NCBI GenBank assembly: GCA_001600815.1
Contig: BCKZ01000007.1
Location: 186,001-250,000, forward strand
DNA from: Alloascoidea hylecoeti
Lineage: Eukaryota
DNA length: 64,000 nt
Reading direction: 5' to 3'
Under the pieces are notes generated by a model. That model was not told the DNA's origin. It made no database searches and saw nothing but the letters and a program-made list of their open reading frames with translations. The position numbers and the translations under genes are program-made. Shown here one piece after another: positions 49,415 through 61,802 of the stretch; position 1 is the stretch's first letter, and each line of letters opens with the position of its first letter.

Positions 49415-51292
49415 ATGGATCCTCAGTCAGACGCCAGAAATAATTCCTCAAGACCCTCGTCACATGACATCTCCATGCTGCCGTTTTTGCAGTCGATGGA
49501 TGACTCAGCAATATTCCAGGAACACCGGCCTCAGGAACACCGACCCGAGGTCTACTCTACACCTTCAAAAAGGAAATCTGACATTACTGTAACTGTGCAA
49601 GGAGAAGGTGAAGAGCACGAAGATTTAAAACAACAGGCTTATTCTTTATGTCAGCAAGGCTTGAATGAAATATCTACCGATTTAAACAGACAGGTTTCTT
49701 CTAATGTTCGTACCGTTGAAAACTCACGACAACTGTTTGGTTTAGTTTGGTTATTAAGAACTTGTGAAGCAAATGCTGAATCTGTCGTTCCAAGAAATAG
49801 AATATATGCTAGATATGCTACTTCATGTGCCGATAATAATATGAAACCTTTAAGTCCCGCGTCTTTTGGGAAACTGGTAAGAATCGTATTTCCTGGTATA
49901 AAAACTCGTCGATTGGGTACAAGAGGTCAATCAAAGTATCATTATTGTGGCTTTGGTATAATTGGTGAAGATAATTCCGCAGATTCTTTTACTCATAGTA
50001 GAAGTGCTTCAATAACTTCTCATAGAGAGTTTGCTACTCCAGCTTCTGGTTCTCCTCCAAATACCTGTATTAATCCTCTTAAACATAGTCGGACAAATAG
50101 TTATAATTTCCAAATTGATAGTCCAATGAGTTCAAAATCTTTGTCAACTCCAACTTCTATAATTTCAAATGTTGATATTCAATTTGCTTCAAATTTATCA
50201 AATACTTTTTTATCTTCAACAATAACACCTGCTTTAAATTTCCATCCACTTGATATTTATTTACCAACTGATATTGATTCAGATGCAGCTGATACATTAT
50301 TTGCATTATATAGATCTTATTGTGGAAGTTTAATTGAATCAATTCGTACAATGCAAATTAAAAAATTTTATCATTGTATAAAAACTTTTTATAATTCTTT
50401 AACAACTCCTGTTCAAGATATTTATACAAATGATTTATTAAATATATGGATTCAAAATTCAGATTTATTAATGTATCAAGAAATTTTTAAAATTATATCA
50501 AATTTAGCATTAAAACAACATGTTAAAAATGAAATTATAACTCAATTACGTGGTATATCAATTACATTAATACCATTTTTAAATGAAATTTATTTAAATA
50601 ATTTAAATTTATCAAAAAATTTATTAAATTCAAAATTAAAACCTGCTCATTTATTTATAATTATGTTAAATAGGTTAACAAGATTAAATGATACAACTCA
50701 AGCTGCTGGGAAAATATTAGCTCATGGTCCTGATAGAGAAATAATGGTACAAGATTGGATTCAATATGTTGATGCTTCAAATTTAATTTTAAGAGGTTTA
50801 CCTTGTAAAAAAGGTAATGACGATAATAATGGAATGAATGAAAAAATTATTAAAATATTAACTAAAGAAATTGTTGAATTAATTATTTATAATGATGATA
50901 AACAACAAATAGGTGAAAATAAAAATGATCATAAAAATGATCATAAAAATGGACATAAAAATGAAAATGGAAATGGAAATGGAAATGGAAATGGAAATGG
51001 AAATGGAAATGGAAATGGAAATTTAAAAAATTTAAAAATAAAATGTAATGAAAATGATTCAGAATATCAAATTCAAAAATGGGCAAATTATTTAACAAAT
51101 TTACCATTAAAATTTCCAAATATACCACCAAAAATGTTTTCATTATGTATGAGTGTTATGTTAACAACTGCATTAAGAGAAATAACTTTAAATGGTGGTG
51201 CTGGGTTTGGTGCTTGGTGGATTGTTAGATGTTGGATTGATGAATTAATGGGCTGGAATTTAGAATTAAAAAATTGGATAATTGAAAGTTGA
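49415..51292 (+). CDS. RFX1: RFX-family winged-helix transcription factor
   Basis: VPRNRIYARYA...PLSPASFGKLVRIVFPGIKTRRLGTRGQSKYHYCG DNA-binding domain; C-terminal GFGAWWIVRCWIDE. Contains an NG hexamer repeat. Confidence 0.92.
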   Translation: MDPQSDARNNSSRPSSHDISMLPFLQSMDDSAIFQEHRPQEHRPEVYSTPSKRKSDITVTVQGEGEEHEDLKQQAYSLCQQGLNEISTDLNRQVSSNVRTVENSRQLFGLVWLLRTCEANAESVVPRNRIYARYATSCADNNMKPLSPASFGKLVRIVFPGIKTRRLGTRGQSKYHYCGFGIIGEDNSADSFTHSRSASITSHREFATPASGSPPNTCINPLKHSRTNSYNFQIDSPMSSKSLSTPTSIISNVDIQFASNLSNTFLSSTITPALNFHPLDIYLPTDIDSDAADTLFALYRSYCGSLIESIRTMQIKKFYHCIKTFYNSLTTPVQDIYTNDLLNIWIQNSDLLMYQEIFKIISNLALKQHVKNEIITQLRGISITLIPFLNEIYLNNLNLSKNLLNSKLKPAHLFIIMLNRLTRLNDTTQAAGKILAHGPDREIMVQDWIQYVDASNLILRGLPCKKGNDDNNGMNEKIIKILTKEIVELIIYNDDKQQIGENKNDHKNDHKNGHKNENGNGNGNGNGNGNGNGNGNLKNLKIKCNENDSEYQIQKWANYLTNLPLKFPNIPPKMFSLCMSVMLTTALREITLNGGAGFGAWWIVRCWIDELMGWNLELKNWIIES

Positions 51293-52063
51293 TATACAGT
51301 ACAAACAATACATAATATAAAATAAATAATTTGATATTAATTTTTAATTTAGCTCTTAACTGTCTTTTTTTATGCATCGTCTTATTCATATAGGATCATT
51401 CATTTATAATATATTTCATGATTTTTTTGCTCTAATATTTACCTATAACTTATATATAAATCATTAATATATTTAGATGGTAGATTGATCCTTGTAATTA
51501 CGGAGTAGCGCTGTAACGGCTACAAATATGAAAGGAACATCAAATAATGCAACGCTCCGGATCTTAGCTATTGCTATATAACGAAAGGTAACCAATATTG
51601 ATCGCTCCAACTCCCAAATTCTTACCAATATTCATAGCCAATATAATTAACTTACATCTAATTTTATCGTTTGGCCTTATAATATAATTAGCTGTGTAGT
51701 TAACGGTTGTTTACCGATAATGAAGAGCTAGTAGCAGTGGGCACTGGGTAGTATTAGTATAGAATAAAATGTTACACAATAAGTAGAAAATGCCAGACAT
51801 TAGCGAATTTTATACGATAAGATCCCACGAAATAAATGACATATGGCTAACATAGTATAAATGGTATGCTGGAAGAGAACGGTAACCGCTCATTGGACGA
51901 AGCTTTCTGTGTATATTTACTAAAATCGACCAATCCCGATGATGATTAGTAATCATTTTCCTAGTTGGACATACGCAAGAAAAGAAACTCACACTAGTGA
52001 TGTGACTTGTTCTTTTTAGGCTACAGCTTCCAATTAAATAGATCAAATTCACATAAGTTTATA

Positions 52064-53137
52064 ATGTCTTTTGAAGAAAACTCAGTTAATATTGGTTCTG
52101 TTGAGATAAATTTAAATCCTCAAGATTTTATTGAGCAAAGAATTTCAATCCCAATTTCATCCAACAATATTAATAATACCGCAGGGATTGTGGGAATTTT
52201 GACAACCCCAAAAACACCAAATAAAAATTCAAACAAATTAGTTGTTTTAACCCATGGATTTGGAGGTAATAAAAATTATTGTTATTTACAATTAACAGCA
52301 AGACAAATTTCAAACGATCTTGGGATTTCATCATTTAGATTTGATTATAGAGGATGTGGAGATTCAGAAGATTACGATAATGAATATTTTGGAAGAACTT
52401 TATTACAAGATTTAGAAGATATTAATTATGTTATTGATTTTTTAAAAGAAAAAAAATTTAATTTATTTGGTATTATTGGTCATTCAAGAGGTGTTGTTAA
52501 TATGTTTCAATACGTTTTATCAAAAATTGATAAAAATCAAGAAGATAATTTACCAAAATTTTTAATTAATTGTTCTGGTAGATATGAATCTAAAAGATTA
52601 TTGGCCTTTTTTGATAATAAATCATATGAAGAAGCTGTTAATGATTTATTAATTAAAATAAAAAATAAAAAAGATTATTATGATGAATTTAGTAGTTATA
52701 GATTTGGAAAAGTGGCAAAGATTAGAATTCCTCTAATGGAATATTTGGAATTATCCCAAGTTGACAATTCAATTTTGAAGGTTAAATTAGAAGATAAAAT
52801 TGAAAAAGTTTTAACTATTCATGGTTGGAAAGATTCAATTGTTCCACCTGGTGATTCAATATTATTTCATAATCAATTTTTAAATAAGGATGATAATAAT
52901 TATAACAATAAATTGAAACATACTTTGAAGATAATTCCACCAGCTGATCATAATTTTTATGGAACAGATCTTATTCCAGCTAAGTTAAGTGATAGTGAGA
53001 AGCAAAAACTTAATCCTTTTAACTTACCAGTGAAAGGTAGCAAAGTTAATTATAACTATCTTACTGCTGATATTATTACAAAGTGGATATCAAATGAATT
53101 TAAATCGAGTTTGGCTTTAAAAACAACAAAATTATAG
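52064..53137 (+). CDS. Alpha/beta hydrolase
   Basis: HGFGGNKNYCY, FRFDYRGCGDS, nucleophile GHSRG, D in KDSIVP, H in ADHNF. First ATG is 52064. Confidence 0.88.
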   Translation: MSFEENSVNIGSVEINLNPQDFIEQRISIPISSNNINNTAGIVGILTTPKTPNKNSNKLVVLTHGFGGNKNYCYLQLTARQISNDLGISSFRFDYRGCGDSEDYDNEYFGRTLLQDLEDINYVIDFLKEKKFNLFGIIGHSRGVVNMFQYVLSKIDKNQEDNLPKFLINCSGRYESKRLLAFFDNKSYEEAVNDLLIKIKNKKDYYDEFSSYRFGKVAKIRIPLMEYLELSQVDNSILKVKLEDKIEKVLTIHGWKDSIVPPGDSILFHNQFLNKDDNNYNNKLKHTLKIIPPADHNFYGTDLIPAKLSDSEKQKLNPFNLPVKGSKVNYNYLTADIITKWISNEFKSSLALKTTKL

Positions 53138-53544
53138 AATGTAATTTAGAATATAAAATTATAGATTATAAAATATAAAGGTACATATAGCAAATCTTCA
53201 ATATATATAGTAATTTCAGTTGAGTAGTACTATTAGAGGCAGTGGATAAATTCAATACATGTAGAGTGGGAGATACAAAACTTTCGCAATATACCGTTCA
53301 GATGGTTTTGACCGGAGGATATTTTAAACAAGTGAGTGCATCTTTGAATGCAGAATTCAACATGTCAAGTTGGTTGTTGGACCAAACACATTAAGTTAGA
53401 GAGTGCAGCTGAGAATTATAGGAGTTCAAAAATTCTCCGTTTTTGGAGAAATTACGGATTATTATGCCTTCGATCTTTCAGACATTAATAACTCTAGTAG
53501 TAAGGAACTTGTCCCAAATGGTTAACCACTGATAGCCAGTCTTT

Positions 53545-53875
53545 TTTGGATAATGTAAACAAGTACAGATTACCCACAGACAAGTGTATTCGTATGGGTA
53601 CACAAGAATCTTCAAACTACAGCAGATTTTGTTTCTGATCTCCCTTATGAAATATCTAAACTAATATTCCTGGATTTTCCACCAAAAACTTCACTTAATT
53701 GCAGAAAAGTTTCTAAATCATGGAAACAAATAGCTGAAAATGATATTATCTGAATTGGAGTCAGCAGAAGAGCTTCATCTCTGTGGAATTAGCTATATGG
53801 ATATTAATGACGAATATTTGGATTCCGGTTCAGGTTTAGGTTCTATTTAAGGTTCAGGTTCATGTTCAGGTTCTT
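53545..53875 (+). pseudogene. F-box protein pseudogene fragment
   Basis: DFVSDLPYEISKLIFLDFPPKTSLNCRKVSKSWKQIAENDII* (53625-53753), with TGA in place of the conserved terminal Trp. An in-frame stop also lies upstream. Confidence 0.7.
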
Positions 53876-55389
53876 GTATTATGGTTCGGAAATTACCTGA
53901 CTTTCACTGAAAAATAAAGAAAATATTATTTAAAGCATTTATAATCTAATGAAAATTGAAAACAAATATCGTTGCTTAGGGAAATTTAGATTTAATTAAA
54001 GCTAAAAATATCACACCTCTATTACTAACGAACTGTAGCGAAGAGTAATATCATACCGTACAACGGCGTATATTGGTCAAGAAATACCACAAGAAAGACT
54101 ACCGGCACGCCCAAAACTGTTACATTTCAAATGCAACGACAAATTGCAAACTAACAAATATAAATTATTAAAATTAGTATTACAGAATTATAGTTAATCT
54201 TATAATTTTGATAATGTACAGCAGTAGTAACACATCCTACAAACAGAATTTTTCTCGGCAGTATTTAACCGGTAACTTTTATATTCTTCCAATTATTTTG
54301 TATTTTGCGATTGGTACATGTACTGGATCAATGAATTTCAATATGAACTCTCCGTTGGTCAGGTGTGTGTCTATAACTAGACTTTATATTATTATACATT
54401 CTGAAAATGATTTCAAATAATGATGATGAATTTAAATGATATATAAATTCTATATCCAATTTATAATAAAAACATTTTTAACTGGCATTGAATCTTTGAA
54501 CAATTGGATAACAGACCATTAGCTTTTTCAGATTTTGTGTCGAGTTTACCATCTCATCGAATTGTTAGTAATCTATTGCTATATATAGATAAAATTACAA
54601 AAAAAAGAGGATTTCGTCCGTTACGTTTGAATGTTAAGAATTTTTCACTTATTAGACTAAATTTTTGTAAAAATCAGTTTCGTAGAAAGGCAAATATCGA
54701 TTGTTGATGACATAGACATTCACTCCCTCAAAAACCCACATAGGAAACCTTTTTAACGGGTGGTAAAAGAATATTACTATTCTCTGGGGTTTCCTCAGAA
54801 GGATTTATTTAACAAAATTTAAACATTCTTAAGATTAATATTATCGGATACTAGGAAGCAGTCTCCGGAAATAATGCCAAAAAGTTCGTCGAAAAATTTG
54901 GCAAAAAATATTTGGAGAGAAGATAATCTTCTTATAGTTTATCTAAACTCAATTGAGATTATCTGAAAAGGAATCATCAGCAAAAAAAAAGAGCGAAAAC
55001 TACAGGTAATTATAAAAGGGAAAAAAATAAAAGATAAATTAACTTTGTGAATACACTAGAAAGTCTTTCGATAGCATAGAGTTAAATTTCCACTCCAACA
55101 TTTTATAAATCTTGAATCCCGAAGGTGGAACTATTAAAAAATGGTGGTGGCTATCTGACAGGCTAAGTTGCGAATATTCATATTAGTATACTCTAGCTAT
55201 AAATCATATATTTAGAGCGGATATCTGGACCTTTCTTACTTTAATAAAATCTGTGTAATCTGTGACTGAATTAACATCCATAACATATTTTGAGGATACT
55301 GCATATTGAATATTTTCTTATCACAACAACAAGATTTTAGTTATAAATTTGATTATAAATATCTCAACTGATAGTAATAAAACTTATAA

Positions 55390-55698
55390 TCATAAAATCC
55401 CTAATCCTAGTATGACAGATAAGAAGAGAGACAACGGAATAATTGCCATGAATGACCCCTTAACATCCAATTGATTTCCAAGTGCTGCTGAACTAGTACT
55501 ATTAGAAGAATTGGATACGCTAGTTTTTTTTGAAGTCAAATCCAAAGTAGTTGTTCTCAATGAAGTGGTCCCCACAATTGTTGTGCTGTTGCTTCCGGTC
55601 GTGGAGTTTGAATCTGGAGTAAGAGTTGTTGATTCTCCAAACTTAACATTTGCAAATATGAATAGAGTAAGGAAATATAATAGATGATTGAATTTCAT
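55390..55698 (-). CDS. Small secreted S/T-rich, probably GPI-anchored protein
   Basis: Signal peptide, S/T-rich core with NxS/T sites, small-residue omega region and hydrophobic C-terminus. Confidence 0.75.
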   Translation of the reverse strand: MKFNHLLYFLTLFIFANVKFGESTTLTPDSNSTTGSNSTTIVGTTSLRTTTLDLTSKKTSVSNSSNSTSSAALGNQLDVKGSFMAIIPLSLFLSVILGLGIL

Positions 55699-57295
55699 GT
55701 TGATGAAGAAGAAGGGTTGTAGTTTATATGGTGATAATAGAACAGAAAAATTAGAAGAATAAAATACAAAAAAAAAAAAAGAAGAGAATTACAAGTTTAT
55801 ATCTTTGAATTAATTAAATAAGTCCCAATTCTAACCACTTTCAGGAATGATCCTCAAGTTACTTGCGATCAAAATATTGACAATTAAATTATAAATAATG
55901 ATCAACATAGATATCGGTTATAGAACTATTACAATCACGATTGCCAAATATCCATCATAACATAGTCCATATTGTATGAATTGACTGTTAATTCCAACCA
56001 CTATTTCCAGCGAACTTATTTATGGGGGAAAAGGTGAATTATATGCATTCAACTTGGCATATTATTCACAAATAGTTGGGTTTAAGCCTCGGAGATATAG
56101 TTTCCCTATAGTTGGCTTATATTATAATTAATGCATATGCAGAGTGTTTTTAATGGTCTTAAAACTCCCTTTTTTGTGTGGTAATCTTTCAAAGCGGGTC
56201 ATATTTATGATACTTTAGGTCTTACCTGGCAAAGCCACTTAAGTATTATAATAGCATTCAGTCCTCTTTTCTTCCAACAGCAATCGCGATCCTTTTAATT
56301 CGTTTGAGGAATTAAGTTTTGCGTAGAATAGTAGCCAAAAACTTGTGTCTTCCAAGGAGGAGAAACAGCCGAACTTCTGTTGAACATGGTCGTTGTTAAC
56401 TAGCTTAGTTCAGATGATATCGAGCTACGAAACGTGCTCATACTTAGGCCGTGATTAATATTGCATATTGCATTGCGATGTTGCGATTCTTTGTTCTATT
56501 TATGCAATATGTGCTATAAATAAGAATCTGCCGTTCAACTGGAGATGCGCGTATGTTTTCCTCCGGTAAATACATGAAAAATAAGATACAAGGAGAGAAC
56601 ACAAAACAATAATACCTCTGGTTTAAGGCTTACCCTAGGCCTATTATATTGTTACTACTTTTAACCCCAATAAAAATAAGACATTAGGAATGGTATCGCC
56701 TTAAGTATGAGGGTTGTAGGTAGTTCAATAGTTCTAGACCGTTTGAAAATAAGAGGACATTCTAGATCTTAGTTATAATCCCCAAATTTACACTAAACAC
56801 TTGATCGATGTCATATCGAGATGTGTGTACTATTCATAGTGTATACTATTCATAGTGTGAGAAGCTATGAGGGCTAAGCTAAGTTTTGTCGTTCAGCTTC
56901 GAAAAATATCTCATTAAGCAGGGAGAAATTTACGTCAAAGGTTCATGGCAATGACAGATCCCTCTCCATATAGTAAAAAGCTTGTTTTTAAATTCATTGT
57001 AGATGATCATGAAATAATTTAATCTAGATCTCATATAAACTATTATTAAGTATTTACTAGCAACAACGCCCCATATCACCAGTTTTTATATTGCAGAAAA
57101 ACTTATTACAGAAAATTTTTAATATCCTGAGCCCTGATGATTTTTTTTATAAAAATGAAGAAATCTCCTAATAATCATCTATCGTCTTAAACAATAATCC
57201 ACCATTCGCTTTTCTATAAGCTTTAATATATAATAAGTCTCCTTCGCTTTAGTCTTCATCAAGCTTATTTCAATCTTTCCAACATCTAATTAATA

Positions 57296-57937
57296 ATGAA
57301 ATTTTCAACTTCTTTGACCGTCGCTGCTTTAACCGCTCCAGCTCTTGCTGCTCCAGCTATCACCACTCTTGTCAGTACATACGCTACTGTTTCAACTGCT
57401 GCCTACGTCAGCTATACTGAAGCTGCAGTCCTTTCTCAACAATCCGTCATCTCTGAAGCTGTTGCCAGCAACTTAGCTGCTCAATCTTCCTACTACAATT
57501 CAGTTAGTTTAGCCTACTCTTTTTCAACAATCAGCTATTACTCCAACAGTGTTTCTGGTGAACCAACCGCTTCAGCAGCCTCTGGTGTTTCTGCTACCAT
57601 TGTTGCATCTGGTTCCGCAGCTGTTGCTACTGGATCAGGATCAGCCGTAGCATCTGGTTCTGCAGTCTTAGCTTCTGGATCTGCCTTGGCTTCTGGTTCA
57701 TTAGCTGGAAATTCTACTGTCAGCGCTACATCTGCTGAAGCCAGTGAATCTGCTTCAGAGACCGGCACAAAGAGTGGTTCTTCTGGTAGTGGTTCTGAAG
57801 AATCTGCTTCTGCTTCAGGAACAGCTTCAGTTGCCGCTTCCTCAAGTGCTGGTGCCGCCATGGGCTTATCTTCAAATAACAATGGTTTGTTATACTCAGT
57901 AGCTATTGTTGCCGGAAGTTTGCTCTTAGGTCTTTAA
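57296..57937 (+). CDS. GPI-anchored cell-wall protein (A/S-rich)
   Basis: MKFSTSL signal peptide, A/S-rich repeats, SSSAGAA omega region, hydrophobic tail, strongly biased codon usage. Confidence 0.88.
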   Translation: MKFSTSLTVAALTAPALAAPAITTLVSTYATVSTAAYVSYTEAAVLSQQSVISEAVASNLAAQSSYYNSVSLAYSFSTISYYSNSVSGEPTASAASGVSATIVASGSAAVATGSGSAVASGSAVLASGSALASGSLAGNSTVSATSAEASESASETGTKSGSSGSGSEESASASGTASVAASSSAGAAMGLSSNNNGLLYSVAIVAGSLLLGL

Positions 57938-58415
57938 ATGTCGTATTATAAAAAATAAAACCTTTGAATCAGTTTATCATTACATCAATACAAACATGAC
58001 TTTTTGTAATCTATACTGATTTATAATTATGACATTTTTAAAAAGTTCGCTACTTAATTTTGTTTTTTTGTCTATTGTTTTTGAATTGAGTTGTTTTTGA
58101 AAATCCCTTTTTGCTCTTTTAACTTCCTGCAAGATGGTTATATCTAATTCTTTTTTTCTTTATTTATATAAAATTTGCATTTTGTTGTTTTTTGCTTTCG
58201 TCTTTTTGGTGTATATTTCATTCTAATATAATAATAAAAATAATATGAAGATTTGGGAAAATTTAAGTAAATAAAATTAAAGTTGTAATTATTGTAATGA
58301 AAGAGAGTTTTGAATATTCTTTTGTCTTCTCAATCTTCATCATGAATACTAATGTTTTAATTAAATTTGATCCTTTTTATCTGTACAATTCTAATAATTA
58401 TGAAACGAAGGGGTA

Positions 58416-59530
58416 CATTGTTTTACACTTAATTTCGGCCATCTTGCGGGGGCTAGATATATTCACGTGATACATTTTTGGGAAAAAAAAGCTTGGAATA
58501 ATTATCGGCCATCTTGCTTCAGAACAAATAGGCACCAAATACTCAACACAAACGCAATAAAAAGTACATTCACCGCTTCACATGAAAATGGCTTTGCAAG
58601 ATTATAACCAACCACTGAATAGTAAGCACCCCAGAATGCCATAATTAATTTTTAAATAGTTCATAAAGTTCCACAAATTCTAATAATTTTACCCTACATA
58701 GTACTAGTGTTCAATATTTAAAATTAGAGCTCTTATTGCCATAAACGACTGCCACTCGATGCGTAATGAGGCATAGAGTAGAGTATATTAGGAACTCCAA
58801 CGTTACTACCACTTTTTGCAATGCACGTTTTCCAAATCCCCGTCCCGACTACTCTCTACCATAAGACTCACAGACTCAGAGTACCTTATGATATAAAATC
58901 ATTTTTGATTTGATGGCCTACCCCTGCCCTTTCGTGGAACACGTACTATCCCGGACCCGGATCCTGTAGCGACCGAAGATTCGTTACTGAGTACGGTACA
59001 TATTATACACACTATCCCAAAGGTCATGATACTACCCGAGGATATCGTGAGACCATACCATTCTGCTTCTTCTTTACATTCAGAAAAGGTATTTTATCTG
59101 TCTAGAATATTCTATATTCATGGCTTTACATGAGAGTTCTTAGGGTGTCTTTGGAGTGGTAAAAAGCGCCGGTTTCATCTTGACCCGGTTGCTACTGTAG
59201 GTTTTCACTTAATTTAAGCCACTTGCAGTATATGTAATAGGCCACATGATGCATCAATGCTTGGCTATGCTGATGAAAATACACGCTTTGTCGGCTTCAG
59301 AAGAACAGAATCCGAACGGGTATGATAACCACATGAACAGCAACAAAACAGCAGTGCGCTGATCCCACCTGCAGATGGAGCAAACCACTTGAAAGCATTT
59401 AATATGTTGTCAACCATGTGGACGAAATGAAGTGGAAACACTATACTATATTTTTAACCTTTATAAATCAGTGTATCACATGACAGATAAAAAGTTGGCA
59501 ATGTGGTCGAAATTAAGTGGAATAAGCCTG
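58416..59530. mobile_element. ~1.1-kb member of the CACTTAATTTCGGCC TIR family, TA-flanked
   Basis: Left CACTTAATTTCGGCC (58426-58440) and right GGTCGAAATTAAGTG (59505-59519). A subterminal TCAYGTGATACA is mirrored about 21 bp inside each end. TA at 58414-15 and 59531-32. A third, degenerate end lies at ~59195-59222. Confidence 0.55.
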
Positions 59531-60069
59531 TATCTTATCGTAAATTTTCTTATATTTTTTACGCGATAGTTTAGTTAATTATTTTATATTAGATGTGAAT
59601 TTTACGAGAAGTAATCATAAGTAGGGATGATATTCATGAGGGTTAATGTATTGATTTTATGATTAAATTTTTAAATAACATTTGCAATTGTATAAGTATA
59701 TAAATTGAGGAGAATTGTGAAATTTATTTTAATTGAGTTGAATTGGTTCTACATGTATTATCAGTTTTATATAAGGGGGATGTATTTATATACTTTTGTG
59801 TTGACGATATAAGGGGGAATTTAATTTCATTATTGAATTACCGCTAATTATTCATGTCAAAATGAATAATCTTCAAATATTCATAATTATAAGTTAACAT
59901 GTTTTTTTTTTAATGTTGATATATAATTTCATTGTTAATAATTTTGTATTAAACCTGTGTAATGAATATCGATTTATCCCTGTCTTTTTATTTAGGTGAA
60001 GTATCTACCACTTAATTTCACCAAAAAACCGTTCGACCCTCTTGTTAACTTCTCTCAAGTCCACATCCC

Positions 60070-60800
60070 AGTTAGAAGATAATATCTTGAAGTCCTTCAA
60101 GAATCAAGACAATTGGTTGTAATAATTAAATAGGAGAAGAGTAATAACGAACATTATGCATTAAAAATTATTATGATAACTCCATTGATCTATTAATGAT
60201 CATTTTTTATAATTAAAATAAGATTAAATTCATCCCATTTGGGCAGTTTTTCTATTGAAAATATAATATATTTTCTTTTGTTCCTATATGATATCGATGT
60301 CGATCAAGGAAACTTTGACCATACGTTTGATGTAATCAGTCTCTTTGTTATATCTTAAAGGACTTAAGGTTAGCTTGGGTCTAATGTAAATAAAGTTTAC
60401 AGATATGGTGTATGATGAGGGTGTTTGATTTTCAATATGAACATGCATTTTAGACTTCTTAACTATGGCCCTATCACTAGTATCATCATCTGGGTAAAAT
60501 TATTTATTATTATGCACGGATTCTGGATAATCATGGAAAATGATATATTAATATTACAGAAGAAATGTGATACTTAACTAGAGCCTATGATAGGTGCATA
60601 GTTGAAAGCATCGCCTGAAATTTTAGATAGGCATGAAGTACCATTTTAGATAATAAAAGAGGGAAAGTTAAAAGTATTAAATGGTTAATGGTATTGTTGG
60701 AACTCGAGAGTTTGGTATGTAAAAAGAGCTACTGGCTAGTATTATAGTGTTTTCACATATAATGTGTGATAATCTTCTTAGTGGAAGAGATAATCAAGGA
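60070..60800 (+). mobile_element. Possible heavily decayed Ty3/gypsy RT-RNase H relic
   Basis: Weak but ordered motifs: DNIL, KIRLN, KGLKVSLGL, EHAF, LLLCTDS, ELESLV. Confidence 0.3.
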
Positions 60801-61368
60801 TAACGCATATATTATACTAAAATAAGACGGTGACCATCCTGTATGGCATCAATAATGTGTTAGGAAAAGTCGCGCAACCTAGAATTTAAAAGGTCTCGAA
60901 ATATTAGATATGCATGTTTTTTCAGCCGTACTTTTTTCGATTGTTTATATAATTGAATTGAAAAAAGTTCTTAACTTGGAAATGCGAGATTAAAAATTGT
61001 AAAAAAATATCAATAAATGATCTAAAAGTTTGAAATGAGCTCGAAAAAACAATAATGATGGAATATAACATTGAAAGGAAAGATGAAAAGAGCAATATGT
61101 AAATAAACCATGTGAGACACTCAATCACGGCCTGGACCGAGATAGGATTATTGTCGCAATGAAACATGCAATAGGGGCGAAAGACCGGGTCTTTACCGGG
61201 TCGTTCAGTGCCGGTACCAGGAACATCAGTTTTTGTTTGCAATTTTGTAATCAATTGCAATTGAATAATATTATATAAATAGGACGTAACAATTTTTCTT
61301 TTACGGATTTTCTCTTTTACTCCCCTCTTCTTTTCCTATTCTTAACACGGTCGTTTAATTCTCTTACA

Positions 61369-61764
61369 ATGAAATTTTCTGGTTTAATTATTCTTTCTTC
61401 AGTCATCTGTGGGTTAAATGCTCTCCCTGCCCCAGATAATGCAGGAGCAGTCAGTTCTCTCATTTCCCTCCAGTCTGCCCTCGCCGCTTCAAACATAAAT
61501 GCTTATGAATCCAATTCTGCTGCTCTGGAGGCCGCCAACAAGAGTCTTGACGCTTTGACAAGAACAACAACAGATAAGTCAGGTTCTACTGTGGTTGTAA
61601 CCGGAGATGCCGATTCATCAGCTACCGGTTCCGAATCAGGCTCTGCCGTCGCTTCCAAAAGCTCGAGCAGTTCGTCTTCTGATGCTTCTGATGTTCTGCT
61701 TAATAATGGAGCTAAGTTTTTGCTCCCCGTTGGTATTGTCGTTGGGTCTCTTTTGCTTATTTAA
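61369..61764 (+). CDS. Small GPI-anchored cell-wall protein, paralog of the 57296 gene
   Basis: Signal peptide, S/A-rich, tail NNGAKFLLPVGIVVGSLLLI. TATAAATA at ~61274. Confidence 0.85.
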   Translation: MKFSGLIILSSVICGLNALPAPDNAGAVSSLISLQSALAASNINAYESNSAALEAANKSLDALTRTTTDKSGSTVVVTGDADSSATGSESGSAVASKSSSSSSSDASDVLLNNGAKFLLPVGIVVGSLLLI

Positions 61765-61802
61765 ATAAATGATTGTATACAAGTTCTAATATTAAATGTA
61801 AT

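Noticed and set aside
56828..56858. 16-bp direct duplication
   Set aside because: Simple local slippage with no further structure.
59224..59260. CSIC..GHMMHQC zinc-knuckle-like sequence
   Set aside because: It needs a frameshift and has the wrong spacing.
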